A stretch of DNA of 64,000 nt from positions 33,157 through 97,156 of the forward strand of contig JAVJQT010000011.1 in assembly GCA_040218795.1 (NCBI GenBank). The letters are read 5' to 3'. The position numbers and the translations under genes are program-made. Position 1 is the stretch's first letter. Every line of letters begins with the position of its first letter. Shown here piece after piece: positions 56,461-64,000 of this stretch. Source of the DNA: Cytophagales bacterium (GTDB lineage Bacteria > Bacteroidota > Bacteroidia > Cytophagales > CCMP332). The notes beneath the pieces were generated by a model that was given only the letters and a program-made list of their open reading frames with translations, was not told where the DNA came from and made no database searches.

Positions 56461-58863
56461 ATGTTTAAAATATTCCTGAAAGTCGCTTTTAGAAATTTTA
56501 AGAGAAACCTTTTGAGCAGCAGCATCAATGTTATTGGGCTCACATTAGGTTTTATTTCTTTTCTGGTATTGAGTCTTTATGTCATTAATGAATACAGCTA
56601 TGATAAGTGGAACAGTTTATCGGAACGCACCTTTAGACTTACCACGATCGACGAAGCCTTAGGCGTCAGCAGCAATCAGGTAGCCATAACCAATCCAATG
56701 ATGCCGGAGGCCATCGAAGAGCAATTATCAGCTGTTGAAATAGCCACGAGGGTTCAATCCGCAGGAGAACTCCGCATGGAAAAAGGTGATATGCCCTATT
56801 ATGTTGAAAACTGCAAGTTTGTGGAGGATGACTTCTTCAGAATCTTTGACATTAAAGCATACGATTCTTCTTTTCTGGCTGAATTTTCCCTTCCGAGAAA
56901 AATGATTTTAGCGGAATCCGAAAGCCAGCGGATATATGGTCAGGCCAATCTCAATGAAAAGCAATTATTGCGCATCAATGGTGAAAACTGGGAAGTAATC
57001 GGCACATATCCCGATATAAAAAACAATTTTCATCTGGAAATAAATGCCCTTTTATCGATTACTCCACCTCAATCCGACAGCAATACCATCCGGTACTTTT
57101 CCACCTTTCAGGGTCTGGGGATGATTGGCTACGCGGTTCTGACAGAAGCTGGCCTGGAGAAGGAAGTGGAAGAACAAATGTATAAGCTGGCCACAGAAAA
57201 CGATGCTCCGGATTTTTGGATACCACAATTACAACCTTTAAATGAAGTTCACCTCGGATCTTCCGGAATTATATTTGACCACTATCATGCCAATAAGGGC
57301 AATAAGACCTATGTGAATGCCATGGCTATTGTGGCCATTTTAGTATTGATAATTGCCGCTTTCAATTTTATGAATCTTTCAACCGCTCAGGCCGGAGGAA
57401 GAGCCAAAGAAACAGGCATGAGAAAAGTATTGGGAAGCAGCAGAGAGGGCCTTATGGGTCAGTTTTTCACGGAAAGCAGTATGCTTTCAGTTTTTTCCAT
57501 GCTTTTGGCATTTCTGATATTTTTAAGTGCCGGCAATTATCTCAATCTGGGTAATGGAGCAGATTTGAAAGCATTAATTATCGAAGACTACTGGTTGATA
57601 GTCTTGTTTTTCGGAATTGCCTTAATCATTGGAATTTTTGCAGGCCTCTATCCCGCCCTGATTCTTTCAGGTTTTCATCCTATTGCTATGCTCAAGGGTA
57701 AATTCCAGACAGGAAAAACAGGTGTATTAATGCGGAAGTCATTGGTGACCATACAGTTTATTGCATCTGTTGCAATGATCATTATTACACTATTGGTTGT
57801 TAAACAAATTGATTTTTTGAAAAACAAGGATTTGGGATTTAACAAGGAGCAAATACTCAATATACAATTCAGCGAAAACGAATTAATCGAAAAAGCAGAA
57901 CCATTTAAAACTGAAGTAGATGCATTGTCATTTGTGAACAGGAGTAGTTATTCAGGAAATATGCCCGGAAGAGGTACAGGGCGAACCGGTGTAACCATTG
58001 ACTCCATATCTTCTTCTGATGATGAAACCTATATTGTTTCTGTCATGAATATGGATGAAGACTTTTTTGATTTGATGGAAATTAAAATTGTTGAAGGGAG
58101 AAATTTTAGTGAAGAAATGGGCAGCGATGAAGAACAAGCAATTTTAATTAATGAAGCCATGATGGAATCCCTTGGCTGGAAGAACATAGAAGGTAAAAAA
58201 TTATCATTGGGCGACAGTGATCGCCGAAGCGTCATTGGTCTGGTTAGTAATTTTCACTTTTCGGGAATGCGCGAAAAAATTGAACCTCTGATGTTTATTT
58301 ATAACCCCGAACCCAATAACAACTTAAATTTTAAGTTAAATTCAGCCAATTTACATGAGGATGTGTCCAGGATCTCTGCAATTTGGACCAAACATTTTCC
58401 TGAATACCCCTTTGATTATCAGTTTTTTGATGAGGAGTTTAATGAATTGTTCAAAGCCGATGAAGAATTCGCTTCGCTCATAAGATATTTTACATGGATA
58501 AGTATTTTATTGGCCTGTATGGGTCTCTTTGGACTTTCTTATTTTGCCACTGAACAAAAACGGAAGGAAATAGGCATACGCAAAGTATTGGGTTCTTCGG
58601 TTTTACAAATAATCACACTTTTGACAAAACAGTTTATCTGGCTTATTCTAATAGCCAGTTTAATTGCATTGCCCGGTGCCTATTATGCCTTAAATCATTG
58701 GTTAAGCGATTTTCAATACCGAATTGATTTATTGTCATCGGGAAGCCTGATTCTCTTTTTTAGCGGTGTTTTGGCGGTGGTGCTAATTTCTGTATTTACC
58801 ATTGGAATAAAATCAACAAAAGCGGCACTTGAAAATCCTGTGAATTCTTTGAGGGATGAGTAA
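56461..58863 (+). CDS. FtsX/MacB-type ABC transporter permease (double FtsX domain)
   Basis: 800 aa. Two blocks of four TM segments, each preceded by a large extracytoplasmic domain. KEIGIRKVLGSS is a typical FtsX motif. Confidence 0.85.
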   Translation: MFKIFLKVAFRNFKRNLLSSSINVIGLTLGFISFLVLSLYVINEYSYDKWNSLSERTFRLTTIDEALGVSSNQVAITNPMMPEAIEEQLSAVEIATRVQSAGELRMEKGDMPYYVENCKFVEDDFFRIFDIKAYDSSFLAEFSLPRKMILAESESQRIYGQANLNEKQLLRINGENWEVIGTYPDIKNNFHLEINALLSITPPQSDSNTIRYFSTFQGLGMIGYAVLTEAGLEKEVEEQMYKLATENDAPDFWIPQLQPLNEVHLGSSGIIFDHYHANKGNKTYVNAMAIVAILVLIIAAFNFMNLSTAQAGGRAKETGMRKVLGSSREGLMGQFFTESSMLSVFSMLLAFLIFLSAGNYLNLGNGADLKALIIEDYWLIVLFFGIALIIGIFAGLYPALILSGFHPIAMLKGKFQTGKTGVLMRKSLVTIQFIASVAMIIITLLVVKQIDFLKNKDLGFNKEQILNIQFSENELIEKAEPFKTEVDALSFVNRSSYSGNMPGRGTGRTGVTIDSISSSDDETYIVSVMNMDEDFFDLMEIKIVEGRNFSEEMGSDEEQAILINEAMMESLGWKNIEGKKLSLGDSDRRSVIGLVSNFHFSGMREKIEPLMFIYNPEPNNNLNFKLNSANLHEDVSRISAIWTKHFPEYPFDYQFFDEEFNELFKADEEFASLIRYFTWISILLACMGLFGLSYFATEQKRKEIGIRKVLGSSVLQIITLLTKQFIWLILIASLIALPGAYYALNHWLSDFQYRIDLLSSGSLILFFSGVLAVVLISVFTIGIKSTKAALENPVNSLRDE

Positions 58864-58975
58864 TTCATTTTAATAAAAATCAGAAAAGCTATTACCTAAT
58901 CTGAACACGATTGAATTAGCCTATGAACGAGAAAATTCAAAATTGAAACTCGAAATTCAATTTTAAAATTCAATA

Positions 58976-59803
58976 TTAAAATGTTACCTGAAGTTCGGTA
59001 AATGCATTGTACCATAAATTATCAACGGGAACCACAGGTTTGAAATCATAAAGCATCCTGTACTGTACGGCAAATGCCACAGTACTGGTAAAGGAATAAG
59101 AAATACCCAGGCTACCCCCGATTCTGGGGTTTTTGAATAGATCTTCGAAGGGGTCCTGATAATAGAATGCAAATTCGGCCTTGACCTTGTCTGTTAATGT
59201 CTGTCGAATACTCACATATGCATTTAATTTGAACAAATGTGTTTCTACTATGCTCAAAACTTCTGGGAGTTTATCAGTTGGAACTGCTGTATAATTCCAT
59301 TGTTCATACTCATAAAAAGGTCCAATACCCGCAAAAGCTCCCCCATTTAAATTCTTATAAATTTTATACCGCAAATTTGATCCTGCTGCATATTTTTGGC
59401 TCATTCCTCGTGCATCGGCCCATTGATATTGTGCGTAATGTTCTAGTACAATAGGGTTGTCATAAAAGATTTTAAACTTAAAATAAAGGTAGCCACCACT
59501 AAGAATTGTTTGTGAACCGTTTTTAGTTAGTTCAAAGTTGTTAGCCACAATTATTCCATGGTTTTTTAGTCGATAGGCAATATTAGCTCTATTGTTAATT
59601 TCGACATAGAGCTCCTTTGGCGTTTTAATTTCCACTGAAGGTGCTATTGTACCCTTATAGGTGCGTGTAGTATCAAATATGATCACATAACTTTCCGGAT
59701 AAAGGAGTTGGGCATTTGAGGATATATTTGTTAAAAGAATTATACAAATTGTAGCAAAACTGATTCTCAAACAAATGCTTTTTAAATTGAAAACACAGAT
59801 CAT
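58976..59803 (-). CDS. hypothetical outer-membrane beta-barrel protein
   Basis: Signal peptide, alternating amphipathic beta pattern, and a C-terminal ...ELQVTF (terminal Phe). 4-bp overlap with the upstream small ORF. Confidence 0.5.
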   Translation of the reverse strand: MICVFNLKSICLRISFATICIILLTNISSNAQLLYPESYVIIFDTTRTYKGTIAPSVEIKTPKELYVEINNRANIAYRLKNHGIIVANNFELTKNGSQTILSGGYLYFKFKIFYDNPIVLEHYAQYQWADARGMSQKYAAGSNLRYKIYKNLNGGAFAGIGPFYEYEQWNYTAVPTDKLPEVLSIVETHLFKLNAYVSIRQTLTDKVKAEFAFYYQDPFEDLFKNPRIGGSLGISYSFTSTVAFAVQYRMLYDFKPVVPVDNLWYNAFTELQVTF

Positions 59804-59994
59804 TTATTTCGAGGTTTTTTTTGGTCAATAAGATTTCCTGCTGTGCGAATCATATCAATTGAAAACAACTGCCCAATTCTTCCCATTAATTTTGATAGAT
59901 TAATAGTCGCCATCACTTGCTTTTTCAACTCAGGCGGTAATTCATTCACCTGATTTAGCAGTTCAAATGGATTTTTATTGTTTTCTGCTTTCAT
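59800..59994 (-). CDS. small hypothetical protein (possible anti-sigma-like partner)
   Basis: 64 aa. Overlaps both the sigma factor gene (20 bp) and the barrel gene (4 bp). No recognisable motif. Confidence 0.35.
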   Translation of the reverse strand: MKAENNKNPFELLNQVNELPPELKKQVMATINLSKLMGRIGQLFSIDMIRTAGNLIDQKKPRNK

Positions 59995-60556
59995 ATATTG
60001 CTATTATCTTTTCCTTACTTCTTTTTAATTTCATTTTCACGGCACTCTCGTTTTTTTCTACAATCTTGCCGATTTCCTTAATTGATAGGCCATCCTGATA
60101 TTTCATCAGTAAAATTGATTTCTCAGATGGGCTTATTTCATTCAGTAAATCATTTAACTGATCTACACTAATTTTTGTCAGTTCTGAGTCATCAGGTTCT
60201 AGTATTCCTGAATTTTCATTTATCCATTCAATATCTTCTTCACTAAGGTTTCTTTTGCGTTTTTTATTTTCATGATCAATACAATGATTATAGGTAATCC
60301 TATAAATCCAGGTAGAAAACTTTGCTTTGTGATTGAATTTTTTGAGACTTAAATAGATCTTGACCATAACATCATGGGCCAGATCTTTTGCTTCTGCCTG
60401 ATCCTTAGTAAAACCAAGACATTTCTGATAAACCATTTTGATATGACGATCATAGATTTCTACAAAATAGGACAAGTCATCAGATATGACTATTTTCTTT
60501 ACCAGTTCTTCATCCGACAGTTTGTCTTTTTTTCTTTTTAGTAGCCTCAATTTCAA
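59975..60556 (-). CDS. ECF-type RNA polymerase sigma factor
   Basis: Region 2 DLAHDVMVKIY...FSTWIYRITYNHCID and region 4 GLSIKEIGKIVEKNESAVKMKLKRSKEKI. Confidence 0.85.
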   Translation of the reverse strand: MKLRLLKRKKDKLSDEELVKKIVISDDLSYFVEIYDRHIKMVYQKCLGFTKDQAEAKDLAHDVMVKIYLSLKKFNHKAKFSTWIYRITYNHCIDHENKKRKRNLSEEDIEWINENSGILEPDDSELTKISVDQLNDLLNEISPSEKSILLMKYQDGLSIKEIGKIVEKNESAVKMKLKRSKEKIIAIYESRKQ

Positions 60557-60642
60557 TAAAAGATCATTATGCTAAAATGTATAATAAAACATTCAGGCCT
60601 CATATTACATTGTAACCGAGACTTGAATGTTTTGCGAATTAA

Positions 60643-61470
60643 TTAATCCTCTACAACCACCTCTTCAGTGAGTAGATATTTCGAAGGGATAATCGTTTTG
60701 CCTTTGGCAGTTTTTATTACGCATGAGGCACCATCAAGCATTTCAATAGTACCGGAAATACCCTTTACAGTAATTTTCTGACCAATTTCAAAATTTCTTT
60801 TAGCGTAAAATGAAGAAAGGATATTTGCTAAAACATCTCTTGATCCCAAACCAAAAGAAATTGCAAAAGCCAATAAGAAACCTCCAACTATCAAAGTTAC
60901 ATTTGAAGTGATTATAGAAGTATCTATCCCTGCCTGATTCAAAGCGGTTAAAGTGATAACAACTAGAATAATATAAAAAGCAATACTGCTGAGCATAACA
61001 CCAGAGGAAATGGATAAAGATTCGAGTATACCGTGTAATGCTTTTCGAACCATTGTGGATATATAAAATCCAATTACGAAAATGATAATTGCACTAAATA
61101 ATTTAGGTAAGTATCCTAATAAATCGCCAATTGAAGTAGAGACAACTGTCCATCCCAATGTATCGGAAGCTGTAACAAAAAATAACAATACAATGATCCA
61201 ATAAATGAATTTACCTACAATTTTGGAGGCTGTCATATCTATATTGACTTTTTTGAATATTTCATCCGCCTTAATTTTTTCAGATAACTTATCAAATCCT
61301 GCAAGTGAAAGTCCTTTTGATATTGCAAATGACAATATTTTGGCAATTAGCCATCCGATTATGATTAAAAAAATAGCACCTAATATATTAGGTAGCGAAC
61401 TCATTATGGTTTGACCTAAAGTTACCATTGATTCGATTGCAACCTGTGTCCAGTCTGTTAATTGATTCAT
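60643..61470 (-). CDS. small mechanosensitive-channel-family membrane protein (conserved TM-helix repeats plus an MscS-like beta domain)
   Basis: Several TM segments, then FEIGQKITVKGISGTIEMLDGASCVIKT, which is like an MscS beta-domain. Confidence 0.6.
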   Translation of the reverse strand: MNQLTDWTQVAIESMVTLGQTIMSSLPNILGAIFLIIIGWLIAKILSFAISKGLSLAGFDKLSEKIKADEIFKKVNIDMTASKIVGKFIYWIIVLLFFVTASDTLGWTVVSTSIGDLLGYLPKLFSAIIIFVIGFYISTMVRKALHGILESLSISSGVMLSSIAFYIILVVITLTALNQAGIDTSIITSNVTLIVGGFLLAFAISFGLGSRDVLANILSSFYAKRNFEIGQKITVKGISGTIEMLDGASCVIKTAKGKTIIPSKYLLTEEVVVED

Positions 61471-61797
61471 ATTTTGTTTTAGTTTTATGATTAATATTTT
61501 CCCTGTCTTTAATTGAGCAGGTACTATTTAGACTAGAAGTAATTATAAAGGTCACATTTTGTGATAAATGGAGGGCCTCGTGTCGAATATTAAGTCTTAT
61601 AAAATTGCTCTTATATCAGCAAATAGGCGGTTTATAACTTCAAATAATTTTTTTTGAATGAACTATTTTTTATTCAAATCAATGATTTTGGCATTTTATA
61701 AATTGCTCTTAATTAATTGGGATCCCGGATATTATCCGCGAATAGTCAAATATTGATTTTGACGTTATTTCGTTCTGTTTATTCTTTATTCTTTATT

Positions 61798-63939
61798 TCA
61801 TAAAGCTATTGGTGCTCCGAGACATTTATCCGGAATCCCAAAGGCTTCCACCAATGGAACAGCTTCCTGTCTTACTTCATAGCAGAGCGAATTGACAAGT
61901 CTTCGGATGGCTTTGGTTTTTGCACCGTTCATATAGCCATTTTCAAGATACCAGCCTTTGTTTTTTTCAATTTGAGAAAGTGCAAATAATCGACATAAAC
62001 GCGTTAAAGAACTTTTGATTGATGCATCGCTTGTGTTATTTACCTGATCAATGAACTGTTCTAAAATTACCCTCTCAATAAATGCATGGCCCACTTTGAG
62101 CATATGATATTGTGTTTGATTAAAGGCATCAAATGAATCCATGCCCTGATCTAAATGGTTTTTAAAGCGTTTGGCGGCAGAAGTTACCACAGATCGTTCG
62201 CGGTATAAAAAGGCATCGCGTAAAAAAGTAAAATCCTGTAAATGTTCCGGATCTGTATTGCGTATTACTATGGGATTTTTTTCACTAAGATTCGTTTTGG
62301 CCTGTGCTGCCAGATAGGAAAGCATACCAAAAAAATCAATATCGGAAAATTCCTTTTTAAACTCAGATAAACGGCTCTTGGCCACCAATTGCATAAGCAC
62401 GGTATTATCGCCTTCAAAAGTTGTGTAAATATCTGTGTCGTTTTTTAAACGATCAATTCGGTTTTCCGAGAGATAACCTTTTCCCCCCAGCGCTTCCCTG
62501 CATTCCTGTAATGTGGCAGTGGTATTCCAGGTACACCATGCTTTTAAACCGGCTGCCAAAGCTTCAATTTCCTGCATGTCTTCCTCTTTTCTATTTAAAA
62601 AGCGGGTAGTGAGGTATTGTAAAGCAAAATGACTTGCATAAGCATTGGCTAAAAGAGGCATCAAACGTCTTTGATGCGTGAGGTAATTTAATATAGATAC
62701 TTCCTCCCCGTTTTCGGGTCCAAACTGTTTGCGTGAATGACTGTACTTGATACAAATTGCCAATCCCGATTTTACAGCACTCAGACCGGATCGCGGAATG
62801 CCAATTCTTCCTCCGACAAGGGTACCCAACATGGTAAAGAATCGACGGTTATCACTACTTATTGAACTCTGGAATTCACCATTTTCATCGACAGAAGCAT
62901 AGCGGTCAAGCATTTCATCTTTCCCAATTTCTACATTATCAAACCATATTTTCCCATTGTCAACCCCATTCAATCCCATTTTTCTACCACAATCCTCTAT
63001 TTTCACCCCCGGCCATAATTGACCTTTCTCATCGCGAAGCGGTACGACAAAAGCGTTGACACCATAATCTACCTCATCAATTATAAGTTTGGCAAAAACC
63101 GTTGCCATTCTTCCATGCACAGCGGCATTGCCTATGTACTCTTTGCCCGCTCCCATATGAGGCGTGTTAATGATAAAAACTTGTTTATTGTGATTATAGG
63201 TAGCCGTAGTTTCGATCCCTTTTACATTTGAACCATGGCCGGTTTCAGTCATGGCAAAGCAGCCGGGCAATTCCAAACTACCGATCGCCGCAAGGTATTT
63301 ATCGTGATGCTTTTTCGTACCAAGAAAATAGACACTCATACCCCATAATCCGAATTGCACTCCAAATTTTATTACTGTGCTCAAATCATGATAGGAAAGC
63401 GTTTCCATGATAGCGAAATATTTTTCCATATCGCCCTCGCCTCCGTATTCCTTTGGATAAGCCATAGAACCAAAACCCTGATCTGCCAGATGTTTGCACC
63501 ATTTCAACACCTGCTCGCGGTATTCCATAAGATTGTCCGTATCCAGGTAATTGAATTCATCATCGCATAATATCGTCTTGACTCTATCAATGATGTCTTT
63601 ATTGGACCCGTCGAGCAGCTTTTGCATTTTTTGTACATCGAAGGTTTCAGGGGCGGTGACTTTATTGGCATCTGTTTTATGTTTGGCCGCGTGAAAATGA
63701 AATGCCGATTCACTTGAAACAATTCCCAGCGCATGTTCAAGATCAATCAAATGCGATTTAGTCTGTTCAAGTTTATCCTCTGAAACATCTTTTTGATGGG
63801 CTTTAACCATTTGTATGCCTATTTCAGCAAGCGTAATCTTTAAATCCGAATCAATATAATTGGCGGTATTGCGAATTTCTTTTTGCCATTGTTTAAGCTG
63901 ATTTGGCGAAGGGGGATTTTTGGGATCAATATAGCTCAT
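61798..63939 (-). CDS. acyl-CoA oxidase/dehydrogenase-family flavoenzyme (long, ACOX-like)
   Basis: 713 aa. FAMTETGHGSNV and the middle/C-terminal acyl-CoA dehydrogenase and oxidase-like helical domains. Confidence 0.8.
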   Translation of the reverse strand: MSYIDPKNPPSPNQLKQWQKEIRNTANYIDSDLKITLAEIGIQMVKAHQKDVSEDKLEQTKSHLIDLEHALGIVSSESAFHFHAAKHKTDANKVTAPETFDVQKMQKLLDGSNKDIIDRVKTILCDDEFNYLDTDNLMEYREQVLKWCKHLADQGFGSMAYPKEYGGEGDMEKYFAIMETLSYHDLSTVIKFGVQFGLWGMSVYFLGTKKHHDKYLAAIGSLELPGCFAMTETGHGSNVKGIETTATYNHNKQVFIINTPHMGAGKEYIGNAAVHGRMATVFAKLIIDEVDYGVNAFVVPLRDEKGQLWPGVKIEDCGRKMGLNGVDNGKIWFDNVEIGKDEMLDRYASVDENGEFQSSISSDNRRFFTMLGTLVGGRIGIPRSGLSAVKSGLAICIKYSHSRKQFGPENGEEVSILNYLTHQRRLMPLLANAYASHFALQYLTTRFLNRKEEDMQEIEALAAGLKAWCTWNTTATLQECREALGGKGYLSENRIDRLKNDTDIYTTFEGDNTVLMQLVAKSRLSEFKKEFSDIDFFGMLSYLAAQAKTNLSEKNPIVIRNTDPEHLQDFTFLRDAFLYRERSVVTSAAKRFKNHLDQGMDSFDAFNQTQYHMLKVGHAFIERVILEQFIDQVNNTSDASIKSSLTRLCRLFALSQIEKNKGWYLENGYMNGAKTKAIRRLVNSLCYEVRQEAVPLVEAFGIPDKCLGAPIAL

Positions 63940-64000
63940 TAGAAAATCCTGTTCTTCTTTTGATAACCATTTCTGTTTATCAATAAGCTTTCTAATATTC

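Overview
This 64-kb chromosomal segment looks like a Bacteroidota genome. Supporting signs are a T9SS-type C-terminal sorting domain, a DUF3347/HMA copper gene set, a TonB-dependent-receptor sugar locus and ECF sigma factors. I call about 58 protein-coding genes. I saw no rRNA, tRNA, CRISPR array, transposase or integrase. Blocks in order: (1) MscS fragment, MocA-like and XdhC Mo-cofactor maturation genes, and a LamG/T9SS surface protein. (2) An inorganic-carbon cluster: beta-carbonic anhydrase convergent with a dabA-dabB-sulP operon, plus a divergent Crp/Fnr regulator. (3) A sux-like sucrose locus: LacI repressor, TonB-dependent receptor, GH13 sucrose phosphorylase, MFS symporter, fructokinase. 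(4) A YciI gene with an extended sigma factor. (5) A copper operon: copA P-type ATPase, FNR-like flavo-ferredoxin, CopZ-like HMA protein, DUF3347 protein, and a multicopper oxidase fused to a CopB-like barrel. Two tandem HMA-AraC regulators sit upstream of it. (6) An accessory island at about 31.4-39.4 kb that looks AT-rich by eye. It holds a vsr / m5C-methyltransferase / unknown ORF / HpaII-like endonuclease operon, and then a separate four-gene operon. That operon encodes a wHTH-like protein, a divergent P-loop ATPase, a small acidic protein and a PIN nuclease, and I cannot assign it to any named system. It is followed directly by three tandem 168-bp repeats, each carrying a conserved hairpin. 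(7) Housekeeping and accessory genes: ArsR/SRPBCC pair, HigBA, PIF1-like helicase, PAS histidine kinase, FloA, GH16, an unlisted Pmp3-family small ORF, a three-subunit molybdo-hydroxylase with a dihaem cytochrome c, SPOR protein, FtsX permease, an ECF sigma operon, an MscS-like channel and an acyl-CoA oxidase-like enzyme. The best candidate for an undescribed system is the four-gene operon at 35183-38700 together with the repeat/hairpin array at 38841-39322. All calls come from reading the translated ORFs and the DNA by eye; no database search was possible.
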